Program-made: the position numbers and the translations under genes
Assembly: GCA_031835245.2 (NCBI GenBank)
Contig: JAVKOQ020000001.1
Span: forward strand, 1-64,000
Direction: 5' to 3'
From: Balamuthia mandrillaris
Taxonomy: Eukaryota
Length of the DNA: 64,000 bases
The notes under the pieces: generated by a model
Seen by the model: only the letters and a program-made list of their open reading frames with translations
What the model was told of the DNA's origin: nothing
Database searches by the model: none
Shown here: piece after piece, positions 40,211 to 53,012 of the stretch
How positions within the stretch are numbered: the first letter of the stretch is position 1
How the letters are laid out: the number at the start of each line of letters is the position of its first letter

Positions 40211-42851
40211 TTACGAGTTACATTTCATTTGTGCGCCGGTGGTGCTGGAGTCAGTTCCGCCTTCTTTTTGCCGCAACGAAGACATCTGCGTGGAAGAGGT
40301 GCCCACGCTCTTTGCAACATCCTTGAAACGTTTCTGCCATGCCCGGATCACCATTCTCCGCGGGAACAAGGCCAAGAACAACAGAAAGCCCAATGAAGCG
40401 TAGGCAAAGCCTCTCAAGCCCAACAACTCGTAGTTCACAGTCACGCTGTCAAAGTTGCATCCGATGGCTTCTTGTGCGGTGGAAGAATCTTGGTAGGGGT
40501 AATAGAGGCACGTGTAGTACTTGAGATATTGGTCCATGATCTCATCCTCGTCCTGGTAAAACTTGATGGAGTAGGCGAAGATGAAGGTGTAGTTGAAGAG
40601 GAAGATGGAGACAAAGATGAGGAGGCTGTAGTTGCTGAGGAAGACGGACTTGACCTTCTTGCTGAGAATGGCTCTTCGCACGATTTGAACGATGGAAGCC
40701 ACGAAGAAGGTGCTGCCTGCGCAGAGAGCTATTCCCACCGGGATGAACCAGAAGGTTAGGAGATAGGCTTGGTTGTCTTTGGATGAGATGAAACAACTGC
40801 ATGTGTGTTTTGTTAACGTTAGAGACAATGAAAATAATAACCATTCGAATGACGATAAGAAGAAAAAGAAGGATGAAAAAGGAAGCAAACGGTACAAGGT
40901 TCCGCCAAGTGGGAAAGCAACGCGATCAGCAGCGGCAGGAATGATGGAAAATACCAAAGAAACACCCCATGCCACCACGTGATAGACTATCTGCAATATT
41001 TTCTCTTCTTTGCTATCTGGCATCAGCCGTTCTCTAAAATATAACTATGTTTCATTTTGTTAACTTTATAATAATAAGAGAAAGGGTATAGAGGAGAGCG
41101 AGAGAAACCTTGAGGAACATGTTCAAAGAAACACAGGCCCACCAAATGGTCGAACACAGGTACCCAAAATGAAGTATCATTCCTGTTTGATAACACATCC
41201 ATTCACTTTGGTCAATTCACAAACAAAACGCCCAACAAATTAAACACAAACAAACCTTGAAAAGTGCACAACCCACTCGAACATTCCAAGTCCTCCAACT
41301 CAAAGTCACTCCTGGGAAGCGCCTTGCCGTCGATCTTCAGCTCAATGGCGACCACCTGCCCATCCTCTCCGCACCACCATAAGTCATGTCCGCCGAAAGA
41401 TGGAAGGACCATGGCGCCTGCTGCGATGTGGGCGGCTATCGCAGACATCATCAGCATGTTGGAGGGAAACTTTCGGAACTTCTCGTAGATGATGGAAGTT
41501 ACGATCCACACCAAGGAACCCACCTGGTAAACGTGAAGGGTTAGGAAAGAAGATGCGAAGGAATGGAGAGAAGGATGAAGAGCGGAGGCTAGAGGGAAGA
41601 AGGATGGGAAAGAGAAGAGAGAGTAACCCAAGATAACCATCCGAAAGTAAGCTGAAGCGCTTTGATAGCGTCATACTCTTCATCCGTCAACGACGGCAAC
41701 GGACATTCCAGACCACATCTGAACTCTCCATTCACCGTCGTTGCTTTGAACGGCTCCTGGCATTCGTCCGGCACAAACACCTCCTTCGGTGCTGAGCAGT
41801 TGAACTCCAACGACCGGCCTTCGTGGGTGATGTTGTAACGCTCCTCCTGCCAATAGGGCGTGTAATGAGCGTCATAGTCCGTTTCGTTGCAGAGCAAGGG
41901 AAACTGCTCGTTGGGAGGGAGGAAGAAGGCCACTCCTGGGTCGTAGTTTAGCACTGCCGCAAAGGCCGCTGTACATACGTTCACTTTTTTTTAATGAATA
42001 CCAATGTTCGTTGTTGGTTGAGAAGGACACAAGAACGAAGAAGAAGAAGAAGAAGAAGAAGAAGAAGAAGAAGAAGAAGAAGAAGAACAAGAAGAACAAG
42101 AAGAAGAACAAGAAGAAGAAGAAGAAGAACAAGAACAAGAAGAAGAACAAGAAGAGGAAGTAGAACAAGAAGAAGAACAAGAAGAAGAAGAAAAAAACAA
42201 GAGAGAGAGAGAGGACAAGAGAGACGAACAATGGTGGTAACAAAGGTCTGCGCAAGGTTGTATTGGAAGCACTAGGGTCTCTGTGTTGTCGCCTGTGCAA
42301 AACATGAGTTCCTTCTCCTCCGTCTGCAACACAAAGACAACAACACCAAAAAAAACAAACCATCTTGCACAGTGGCGCAAGGCCTGAACCACGTCAAACA
42401 GAACAGCACGGTCACGCTCTCGGCACAGTCCACCGGAACCAGGTCCTGCAAAGAAGTGCCCAAGTTGAAGATGCCTGAGCTCCAAAACAGGTGGCTGCTT
42501 TCCGTCCAGTTTGCTCCTATGAATATCGGGTCTCCCTCTTTTTTTCAAAAAAGAAAGAAACGACAAGAAAGAGAGCAAGAGGGCAACACTTTAGGTCAAT
42601 AAAACACACACAAGAACAAAAAACACAACGAAGAAACCTTGAATGCCCACAACAGCGGCGCATTGCGCTGGCTTTCCGCTCCAGGGCACACACTTGGCGT
42701 CCACGTTGTCAGGTGGGTTCCAAACGTAATCCTCCCCAGGAGTGAACTGAGCAGAGGCCAAAGGCACAACCAAAAGCACAGAAGAGGAAAAGAGAAGAAG
42801 AGAGCAAAAGAAGAAGTGAAACCGGCCTTTCGTTGTCAATTCTGTCTTCAT
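40211..42851 (-). CDS. Frizzled/Smoothened-like GPCR, copy 2 (tandem paralog)
   Basis: Same exon structure as copy 1 and long identical peptides, e.g. NYSLLIFVSIFLFNYTFIFAYSIKFYQDE and CGLECPLPSLTDEEYDA. Confidence 0.85.
42031..42192. repeat. (GAA/CAA)n microsatellite in an intron
   Basis: Directly visible. Confidence 0.95.
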
Positions 42852-43310
42852 TCGTGCTTCCCTATGTTACTGTAATATGTGTTTGCTGTTCTTTTTTTCT
42901 CTCTCTCTCCTCCCTCTAGGTTTCTCTTTGTTTGGTTCACCAGTCGTTGTTTCACGTTCGTTCTTGGGGGAAGGAGTAGGCTGGAACAGTTATTAGAGAG
43001 GGTTGGTTTTTTTCAAGTGTTTCATTTAAAATAAATGCATGTTTACCCTTTTAAATAAATGTTCCGTTTGCCTATTAAAACCCTCTCGGTTAAGAGGAGG
43101 ATCTGTTCTGCGTTTTATAACGTTGCACAAACAGAAAGGCCGCCAAGGGAATCAATAGCAAGTAACGTTGTGGTTTTAGCCCTGGCCAAACAAGCCGAGG
43201 GGGATTGTACGGAGAGCCAAGCAGCTGCGGTTTTGCAGAATCCCGTGCTTTGAATTGTAATTTACCGTATACGGGCCAATCAATGAATTGAAGCGACCGT
43301 CACGTGATTT

Positions 43311-43437
43311 ACTTGTCGACAAGTCATATTATTGTCGACAAGAGAACAGGAGACAGGACGTGAGCCAGGACAGGAGACTAGCCAACGATGTTATTGTCGA
43401 CAAGGGAGTACAGGACGTGAGCCAGGACAGGAGAGAG
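43311..43437. promoter_or_regulatory. Palindrome plus direct-repeat cluster upstream of Frizzled copy 2
   Basis: ACTTGTCGACAAGT at 43311-43324; TTATTGTCGACAAG at 43329 and 43391; ACAGGACGTGAGCCAGGACAGGAGA at 43353 and 43410. Confidence 0.6.
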
Positions 43438-43587
43438 CAGAAAAGAAAGCAAGGACAAGAAGAGGAAAGGGATTACTACTGAACAACAAAAGGGGGACAA
43501 AAAAAATAGAGTGAAACAAATGGTTTTTATTTGTGGTGTACATAAATAAACAAAAAACTTTTTGGATAGTGTTTTTAGAAAAACGTT

Positions 43588-44136
<549 letters not shown>

Positions 44137-44281
44137 TCAAAAAAAAATTAAAAAAAGCTAAGTCTGTCTCCTTCTCCTGCTGCCGCTGTAGGTTGTTTTT
44201 TTTCCGTCGAAGAAAAAGAAAAATGTGACCGTTTGCTTACAGCCAATTTATGTGCGCGCGGAGCAAAAAAAAAAAGTAGTA

Positions 44282-44400
44282 GGGCGACGTCGGCAAAAGA
44301 GCAAACGACGTCGACGAGATTGTTCGGGAAAAAGCGGGAAAAACCAGGGATCGACGTCAGCAAAAAAACAGAAGTGGGCGACGTCGGCAACTGACGTCAG
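44282..44400. promoter_or_regulatory. GACGTC (CRE-like) cluster in the ARF1/PPR bidirectional promoter
   Basis: GACGTC at 44286, 44307, 44353, 44380 and 44393. Confidence 0.55.
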
Positions 44401-44569
44401 CTTCTTTGTCGCTGGATCGCGTCTGGGAGCGGGATGGGAGAGAAGAGAAGAGAGTAAGGGAATTCCGCGTCGTCACGAAAAATGGAAAGAAACACGGAAG
44501 GAAGCGACTTGGTTAGAGTCAAGACTTGGTTCGCGGTCGGCCTTGGTAGCGTGAGTGGCTCGTAGTAGC

Positions 44570-47500
44570 ATGAGGTTTCTCTCTCTCTCTCTCTCTTACA
44601 AGCCTCCTCCTATTCCCGCAAATAACACTTGCTACACCAACAAACCAAACCTAACATTCGTAGTTACTGGGCTTTTCGGCTCGGGGGATGCCTCCGACCA
44701 GCAACGGCAGTGGCGCGGCTCTCCGTGGAAGCTTTGCCGTCAGGCAGATGCTTTTCTCTTGCACCACCACGCTCTCCACTTCCCAAAACCCTGCGCACCA
44801 CCTTTCCTCTTCCGCGAGGCTTCCGTGCTCGTCGCCTCTCCTGGCAGAGCCGCTCTGCACCGCTTTGCACGTCCGCTTCTGCGACCCTGTCCTCGCCTCG
44901 TATGTCCCTTTCTTTCTTGCCTTTTCTTTCGTTTACTTGTTTCTTGTGGCTTCTTTCTTTGTCTGTCACTTCTTTCTTCTCATTCTTTGGTGTCTTCGTC
45001 TTCTTTAGACGAATATGAGGATGAGAGAGAAGAGGATGGCACACCGTACATCAAAAAGGGCCTGTCCTCCGCCGCTTACACTCGCACGCGAGCCCGCAAA
45101 CGCGCTCTCGCCCCTTACCACCGTCGCATAGCCGATCTGGCGGAGGCCGGTCGCTTGGAGGAAGGACTGGAGGTCATCCAGGAGATGGTGGAGGAGGACG
45201 TTCCTCCCACGCTTGGCTCTTTTCTTCTATTGTTCCGAGCGGCCTCCAATAACAGCGAGGATGGAATTCACGACTGGTTTCAGGTGATGCAAAGGATGAA
45301 AGAGGTGGCCACGGAGCAAAGGGAAAGAGAGGGCTCCCCTCGGATCATCCTCAATGCCGTTCCCTTCAACTACTTCCTCAAAGCCTGTCTGAGACAGCAA
45401 AATGCACCCAAGGACAAGGAGAGTTTGGCCCTGCAGGTGATCGAGCAAATGAGAGCTGCAGGCATCAAGCCGGACGCTCAGACCTTTGCCACTCTCATTG
45501 GAAGCTGTTGCAACACGTTGTCCTCCTTGCCCACCGCTTTTGCTTTCTACCAACGCATGCTGCAGGAGCACATCCCTCCCGATTCCAACTTCTTTCACGC
45601 ACTGTTGAGTTGCTGTAACAAAGCCGGAGAAGGAGCTTGGCCTTACACAGAACGCACGTGGCAGCTGATGAAGCAACACTCGATACGTCCCGATCTGCTG
45701 GCGTACAACGTGTTGTTGGCTTGCTGCGTGAGGGAGAACCGTTTCGAGGAAGCCTTTCGCGCATTTGACGAGATGAAGAGAGAGGGCTTTCATCCGGATG
45801 ACTACACCTACTCCGCTTTGATCAAGGCGTGCGAGAAGGTGGGACAGCCGGAGAGAGGTGCTGAGTTCTTGAGCTTGATGCAGGAGGGAGGAGTTAGGGC
45901 CACCGTCACCACCTACAACACGCTTATTCATGGCTATTGCAGTGCTGGTGAGTTTGAGGAGGCATTCGCGCTGTTGCACCAGATGAAAGCACAAGGACTG
46001 AGGCCCAACGCTGCTACCTTCAACGGCATGATCAAAGGCTTTGCCCCTTCCTCTGCTTCTTCAGCATCTTCAATTAATCAACTGGAGACTTCTGAAGAAG
46101 TGGAAGACGTAGAAGAAGACGAAGAACTCGATAGTGTAGAGCCAATAACAAGGGGGCAACAGAGAAACATATTGGAAGAAGCAGACACTCTCAACAGGAT
46201 TATTCAAGATATGGCAGAAGCAGGAGTGACACCCGACAGCCAACTCTACTATCCTCTCATATCCGCTCTCACCAAGCAAAAAGGTTTCAACGCTGGGTTA
46301 GAGGTCTACCTTCAAATGCGACAGCAACGCATCTCACCTAATTTCAACATCATCCATACGTTGGTGCTCTCCTGCGATGAGAGCGAAGGAACGGCGGCCG
46401 CGTTAAAGCTCTACCGCTCATTGCTGCAAGATGCATATAGCAAGCAGGAAGTGAACACTTTGTTGTTAAACTCGTTGATTTCCAAGTTGGTGGCTGCGAA
46501 AAGAGAGGAGAGTGCCGTGGAAGTACTTCAATGGATGAAAGAAGAGGCGGAAAATGGGAAGAAGAACGTCGCCCCGAACACCTACACCTACGACATTCTT
46601 CTTCGCACTGCAACAACAACCTCCAACCGAAAAGAACAAAAATGTGGTAATGCTAATCGTCGTAGGCAATATCAACAACGGTTAGAAGAAGCGGTTCAAT
46701 ACGGGTATAAACTGACGCAAGAAATGAAGGACAGGGGCATAAAGAACGTACCGGACGTTCCGTTCATGAACGTCTTCGTCCGTGCGCTTTGTCGATGCGG
46801 TAAAATGGAAGAAGCTCACCGTTGGTTGAAGGACAACGGAGAGAATGGGGATAGAACGCCTACTGCATACGTTTATGCTTCTTTGATACAGGCCAGCAAT
46901 AGCGTCGAGCAAGGTATTGAGTTATTGGACGAGATGAAGATCAAAGGCATTCGTCCTGATACCGTCATCTTCAACAGTCTGATCTCTCTTTGTGGAAGAA
47001 GAGGAAGAAAAGAAATGGATAAGGAAGAAAACGAAGAAAGGGAACCAAGTGGTGCAAAAAGAGATGCAGCAGATGAAGGAGGGAAAGGAGCACAGCTAGC
47101 AATGGAGCTTTGGAGACAAATGCAAAAAGAATGGAATATTCAACCAGACCCTTCGACCTACTTCGCCCTCATCAAAACTCTTTGTGACCACAACCTCACT
47201 ACCCAAGCTCTCCGCATTCTCAACGGCATGTACGCTTCTAATTCCTCTTCTTCCTCTACCAATTCTGCTTTCATCATTACTTCCATCTATAACGTCCTGT
47301 TAACTGCTCTGTTGCGAGCCGGCCGTTATCCACAAGCTCAGCACCTGCTCCACCAAATGCAACATCGAAACGTACCTTTTGACGTCTACACATACACCGC
47401 CCAAATCGACCTTTTTGCCGCTACCGCCAGCAAAAATAACAATGACAACATGGAGGAGGCGTTAGAGACAGTAAAGCACATGAGAGAGCGAATGTGGATC

Positions 47501-49243
47501 AAACCGGACTTATACGTCTACTCCTCGTTGGTGAGTGCTTGTAGGCGCTGTGGTAGAACGGACTTGATATGGAAGTTAACGAGGATGATGGCAGAGGATG
47601 GCTTACAACCGGATCTTCCTTTGTACAACAACTTGTTGGCTGCTTATACTTCTCCTTCTTCTTCTTCTTCTTCTTCTTCTTCTTCTTCTTCTTCTTCTTC
47701 TTCTTCTTCTACTAGAAACGATTTTGGAGGAAAGACACAGCAACAACAACAGGAACAACGAGTGGAAAAATTGCTTCAACAGATGAAAGCGCAGGGAGTA
47801 CGGCCAAACGTTATTACCTACAACATCCTCATCTCTGCTGCTACTTCCTCCTCTTCTTCTTCATCCTGCATGAAACGAGCCTATGAATTGTTTAGAGAAA
47901 TGAAAGAAAAAGCCAAACTTCAACCCAATGAACGAACAATGTTGGCTTTGATGACCGGCCACCAACGTTGCGGCGATGTGGAGGGCGCGTTTGCTCTTTT
48001 TCGACGTATGCAAGATGAGGAAGGCGTTACTCCCACTCTCCCTATCTACACCGCTCTTTTAAGTGCTTGTGATAAAGCCGGTCAACTCGATAAAGCTATG
48101 CAAGTGCTACAGCTAATGAAACGAGAAGAAGGCGAACTAGAAGAAGATGGGAAAGAAAGACGAAAAAGAAGAGCAGAATCTGTAAAACCAGATTTGGTGA
48201 TGTTCAATATGTTGATAAGAGCCTTCGCTAAAGAGAACAACGTGGAAAGATGTTTGGGGTTGTTGGAGGAGATGCATAGAAGTGACGTTCAACCGGATGC
48301 AAACAGCTTCAATCCAATCGTCTCCGCTTTGACTCGCAACGCTCAACTCGATAAAGCCCTATCTTTAGTGTTGGAAAAGATGATGGGATTGAAGATGGAA
48401 GACGGAATGATACAAAAGTTGCAGAAGAAGATAGAAACGGAGCATGAAAAGATCATGCAGACGACGTTGAAAGCGAAGCCGAATGCAGCCACGTTTGGCT
48501 TGTTGCTGTCGGGATGCAGCAAAGCTGGCAGAGTGAAGGAAGCGATCGCTTTAATGGAAGTCATGAAGTTGCTCGACGTTCAACCAGATTCCATTCGGCC
48601 TTTCAACGACCTCTTAATTTCTTGCGTCGCTCTTTCTTCTTCATCATTCTCTTCACCAACAACCGGTTCATCCTGGTTAGAACAAGGATTGGATATAGTG
48701 AACCGGATGAAAGACCTGAAACTGAAGTTAAGCGTTGTGACGTTACAACAGTTAGTGAGTTTGTGCCAACGAGAAAACAACATAGAAGCACTCTACCAAC
48801 TGTTGGAACGCTTTCGAGTGGAGGAGAGAATCCGACCCGATGCACCATGCTACAACTCCATCTTCAAGACGTTGGCCTACCAACCCGCTCGCAGCGAGCA
48901 GGAGCGACAGGCAAAGAAGCAAAAGGTGTTGGAGCTGTTGTCCCGAATGAGACACGAAGACAACATCCCGCCAAACATTCACATCTACAACACGCTGATT
49001 CAAACCTTGGCGCGGAGCGACGGCGAGGAGGAGGCCGTGGAGCTGTTCCGGGAGATGCGAAAGGAGCTTGGGGCGGAGGTCGGGTTGAACCCCAGAGCGG
49101 CGGAGGCATTGCAACACGCTTGCAAAGCGACGAGCGGGCGGCACGCCGACGTGCTTGCTTTGTTGTCCCCAGCTGCTTCCTCCTCCTCCGTTTCTCCTCT
49201 TCGTGGAGCTTCTGGCGGAGGGAAGTCATTCAGGACGACATGA
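44570..49243 (+). CDS. Large pentatricopeptide-repeat (P-class PPR) protein, probably mitochondrial
   Basis: Many 35-aa repeats such as TYNTLIHGYC..EEAFALLHQMKAQGLRPN. Inferred exons 44570-44574, 44664-44899 and 45009-49243; exon 2 is Arg/Ser/Leu-rich like a presequence. Confidence 0.9.
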   Translation: MRFLSLSLSYKPPPIPANNTCYTNKPNLTFVVTGLFGSGDASDQQRQWRGSPWKLCRQADAFLLHHHALHFPKPCAPPFLFREASVLVASPGRAALHRFARPLLRPCPRLVCPFLSCLFFRLLVSCGFFLCLSLLSSHSLVSSSSLDEYEDEREEDGTPYIKKGLSSAAYTRTRARKRALAPYHRRIADLAEAGRLEEGLEVIQEMVEEDVPPTLGSFLLLFRAASNNSEDGIHDWFQVMQRMKEVATEQREREGSPRIILNAVPFNYFLKACLRQQNAPKDKESLALQVIEQMRAAGIKPDAQTFATLIGSCCNTLSSLPTAFAFYQRMLQEHIPPDSNFFHALLSCCNKAGEGAWPYTERTWQLMKQHSIRPDLLAYNVLLACCVRENRFEEAFRAFDEMKREGFHPDDYTYSALIKACEKVGQPERGAEFLSLMQEGGVRATVTTYNTLIHGYCSAGEFEEAFALLHQMKAQGLRPNAATFNGMIKGFAPSSASSASSINQLETSEEVEDVEEDEELDSVEPITRGQQRNILEEADTLNRIIQDMAEAGVTPDSQLYYPLISALTKQKGFNAGLEVYLQMRQQRISPNFNIIHTLVLSCDESEGTAAALKLYRSLLQDAYSKQEVNTLLLNSLISKLVAAKREESAVEVLQWMKEEAENGKKNVAPNTYTYDILLRTATTTSNRKEQKCGNANRRRQYQQRLEEAVQYGYKLTQEMKDRGIKNVPDVPFMNVFVRALCRCGKMEEAHRWLKDNGENGDRTPTAYVYASLIQASNSVEQGIELLDEMKIKGIRPDTVIFNSLISLCGRRGRKEMDKEENEEREPSGAKRDAADEGGKGAQLAMELWRQMQKEWNIQPDPSTYFALIKTLCDHNLTTQALRILNGMYASNSSSSSTNSAFIITSIYNVLLTALLRAGRYPQAQHLLHQMQHRNVPFDVYTYTAQIDLFAATASKNNNDNMEEALETVKHMRERMWIKPDLYVYSSLVSACRRCGRTDLIWKLTRMMAEDGLQPDLPLYNNLLAAYTSPSSSSSSSSSSSSSSSSSSTRNDFGGKTQQQQQEQRVEKLLQQMKAQGVRPNVITYNILISAATSSSSSSSCMKRAYELFREMKEKAKLQPNERTMLALMTGHQRCGDVEGAFALFRRMQDEEGVTPTLPIYTALLSACDKAGQLDKAMQVLQLMKREEGELEEDGKERRKRRAESVKPDLVMFNMLIRAFAKENNVERCLGLLEEMHRSDVQPDANSFNPIVSALTRNAQLDKALSLVLEKMMGLKMEDGMIQKLQKKIETEHEKIMQTTLKAKPNAATFGLLLSGCSKAGRVKEAIALMEVMKLLDVQPDSIRPFNDLLISCVALSSSSFSSPTTGSSWLEQGLDIVNRMKDLKLKLSVVTLQQLVSLCQRENNIEALYQLLERFRVEERIRPDAPCYNSIFKTLAYQPARSEQERQAKKQKVLELLSRMRHEDNIPPNIHIYNTLIQTLARSDGEEEAVELFREMRKELGAEVGLNPRAAEALQHACKATSGRHADVLALLSPAASSSSVSPLRGASGGGKSFRTT

Positions 49244-49376
49244 ATTTATTCGGGACGTCATGAATTGAATCGTGCAGTTTTTGTGAACAAATAGAGAAAC
49301 TATCGTGCACAAGTCGTGAAGCAATTGCAATTAGCGAATAAATAAAAAGAAAAAGAAAAATAGAGCAAAAGTGGAG

Positions 49377-52316
49377 ATGGAGAAGAAGCGGAGGTCCACC
49401 ACCAGGGCTTCCGGCGGTGGCGGCGTCGGCTATGGCCTTCTTCAGGAGGAAGAAGGCTCCTCTTCCTCCAGCGCCCACGAGGTAGCGAACTTCTCCATGG
49501 ATGAGTTTGTTGGTGCGTTTTTTTTTCCCCCTCCACAAAATAACAAAATAACGTAGCAACGAAGAAAAACTAATCGTTTCATCGCTTCTCTGTCTTCCTT
49601 TTTTTTCTTCTTTCTTCTTATTCTTCTTCTTCTGCCTCATTCTACTTGCGTTTGTTTCTGTGTGTGTGTGTTTTTTTTTTAAAAAAAAAAACAGAGTTTC
49701 CCACAGAGCCATGTTGCAAAAATCCTCGCAGCTACCTCCAGAAACGGTACTGGGTGCCCGCCATCGTCATCGTGCTGGTCTGTCTGGTGGCCATCATCGC
49801 CATCGTCGCTCTGACCGCTCGGCAGGAGATCAACAAGACCAACAACAACGGCATCCCCCTGGAGAGCCGCATTTCGGCGGACAAGATCAAGGAGCATTTG
49901 AAGAAGCTGATGGAGATTGCTCGCAAGAACAATGGCAGTCGGTCCGTCTTGACGGGCTACAATTCCTCTGCTGAGTACTTTGCCGATGAGCTGCGACAGA
50001 TCACCAAACAACAAAACTATTTTGATGTAAGAGTACTTCTTTTTGTTGTTGTTAGCTCTCGAGTTCTCTTCTATTCTTCTTTGTCCTCTTTTTGTCTTCT
50101 GTCTTCTTCCATCTAATGCCACTGATCCTCGTTTGAATTATGCTCAAACAATAGATAGATTTTCAATACTTTGTGGTGCCTGTCTACACTCAGTTGGCCA
50201 CTCCTTCTCTCGCCCTTCTTTCTGCAGAACCTTCTTCCTCCACTTCCTTCTCATCATCATCTGGTTCGTCATCGTCATCGTCATCATATTCATCATCGAA
50301 TTCTTCATCCGATTCATCTTCCTCTTCAGCTTCTTCATCCGACTCATCTTCATCCTCTGGTTCTGATACGCTACTGCAATACCAGCCGGATGTGGACTTT
50401 ATACAACTGCGCTACGGAGGAAACGGCACTCACGACATGCAAAGAAGTCTTCGTAAAATCAACCGTAAAGGTTGCAGCCTGCAGGACTTCGAACAATTCG
50501 TGAAGGGCGACATTGCATTGATAGAGCATGCAGACACCAACGCCACGTAATCTCTCTTTCTCACCTCGCTCCATAATCTCTCTTCCTCTCCGTACTGATG
50601 AATTTCCATTTTGTAAAACAGTGGTACAGATGCTTGTGAAGAGGATGTAAAAGCTCTTAATGCACAGGAAAAAGGAGCATCGGGTGTAATCATCTATCAA
50701 ATGGAAGGTCAACCACTTTCCAACCCGAGAGCGCGCAAGACCGGGTGGCTGGAAGGTGATCCCTTGGTGACCATTCCTACATTTATGACGACTTACTCTG
50801 TGGGCAGCAGTTTGAACGCATTGCTTAATTTAGGTTTGTTTCTTCTTTTCTTGTTTCTTCTTTCTCCTTCTTCCTTCTCCTCTATCACCTCTCCTTTATT
50901 TGAAAGGCAAAAGGATGACACTCTCTCGGCTAATTAATTGGCAAACGCTCAACAACTTTATGGTTGTTGCGCCACTTTGTCAGCCTGTTTATACTCCTTC
51001 AAGAACACATTTTTGTCTGATTTCCTCCTTCCTTCTCTCTGTCTCTGTTTCTCTCTGTCTCTCTGCCTCTCTCCATTTTATAAAATTCCTTTCTAACAAA
51101 AAAAATCAAGGAAATGATGTAACTCTTCACATGAGCAGTCAAAGCAGCATAGAATTAACAACAACTTATAGTCTATTCTGTAGCACGAAAGATGGCAGCG
51201 ATAATGACCTTGTTATTGCTGGAGCCCATTTGGGTAACTTATCTGTCGATTTTTTGTTTTCTTTTTTTTCCAAATATTTGTATCTTTTTTCAAACAAAAA
51301 CATTCCGTATGCCTAATTGCTGTTTTGCAAATAGATTCGGTCCCTGAATCGGCTGGAATTAACGACAATGGCAGTGGTGCTGCTTCTCTTTTGGAGGTAA
51401 TATCTCTCTTCTGTCTTTCTTTCATTCTTCTCTTTTTTTTCTTTATTCTCCTCCCTGGTTAACGAAACATATTTTTTCAACAAACAAAAGATGGCAATCC
51501 AAATGGCAAGCATAAGACTTCAGCCCGTCAACAAAGTCCGTTTCGCATGGTGGGGCGCCGAGGAGCTCGGTCTATTGGGCGCTTATAACTATATAGCCGC
51601 TATACGCGATTCCTCTCCGCCCTCTTCTTCAACGAGTTCCTCCGCCAAAAATCCGATCCATGGCGATGACACCGACTTGGACAACATTGCTGTATATTTG
51701 AACTTTGATATGTTGGCCTCCCCCAATTTTATTCCTTTGGTAAGCGATGGCAGCACTGCTCCTGAGAAGGTGAACATGTTCTTCCTTTTACTTTTATTTC
51801 TCTTTTTTTTATCTTCTCTTTCTTTTCTTACTTTTTTCTTTTTGTTAACTTTGAAAAAATTAACTCACAGGTGAGAAATGGTTCCACAACCGTACAAAAC
51901 ATTCTTAGGGGATATCTGGACGACGAGGCCGACACCAAAGCAAAACTAACGCCGATGAGCAAGCCCTCCTCCGACTTTTATCCTTTTCTTATGAACAACA
52001 TCCCTGCTGGCTTTGTTACTTCTGGTTCGTTCTTGTTCCTCTCTATCTCCTCTTTATTCATTTTAGTTAACAAAATATTCTTCAACAAAAAAAAAACGAA
52101 ACGAAAAACAAAACAGGAGCATCGCAAGTAAAAGACGAAGCGGATCGCAAAAATTGGGGCGGCATTGCGGGAGCCGCTTTGGACCCGTGTTATCATCAGC
52201 GCTGCGACACCAATGAGAACATCCACAAGGACGTCCTCACGGACTTGGCCAAGGCCGGGGCGTACACGCTCTCCAAGCTAGCCACGCAGAACAACCTCAG
52301 GAACTACTTGAAGTAG
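49377..52316 (+). CDS. M28 family aminopeptidase with PA domain, type-II membrane anchored
   Basis: TM segment WVPAIVIVLVCLVAIIAIVAL, GAHL|DSV..GINDNGSG, RFAWWGAEELGLLG, YLNFDMLASPN, SDF.PF and DPCYHQRCD. Confidence 0.9.
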
Positions 52317-53012
52317 TAGAGGCGAAAAAAAAAATAACACAAGATGTACTTAATTTTTTTTAAGTTTGTTGCCTTCTTGATTTTCTTTACTTTCAAGATT
52401 GGCTATTTATTCATGCTACGACGAATTAGGAAATGTCATCGGAAAGGTTTTACCAATAATGATTAAATGCCGACAATTTCATAAATTAGTGTCGACGAAA
52501 TATTCCTAAAAGGTAATTTATAGATGAAACTTCCGCTAATCGGTGTGAAAGCCAAGGAAAACTGGTGAAAAGTACAACAAGGAGAGCGGCCGCTGTGCAG
52601 CAACCGAACCTTCTCCCCTCCCAACATGTCTCCCTCTTTTTTTCTTTTGGGTTGCATGACTCTAAATGTGATCGTGTGCTCTGTTGGTGGCATATCCTCT
52701 CTCTCACAACGTACACACGCACGCACGCACGCACGCACACCTCAGCAAGCTCGTTCGCTTGAACGGCTACTTTTTAATTTTGTTGGCATTGGCTCTTCCC
52801 CCTTTGAGTGAACTGAACCCTGAGTGACCGCCTCCCACCCTCACTCCCAAAACAAACCACACAGCAGGTCTTTTTTTTGCTTCTTTGCTCCTCTTCTCTC
52901 TTTGTTTGTTTTTGTTCTTTTGGGTGTTTTCACCGCACCCACCACCCCTTATCATCTCCTTTTTTTTTGGTGACAAATAATGTGCACTCCCCAAAGACGC
53001 AAGGAACGAGAG

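Noticed and set aside
43311..43437. CRISPR-like repeat-spacer array
   Set aside because: Only two repeat copies, eukaryotic context and no cas genes.
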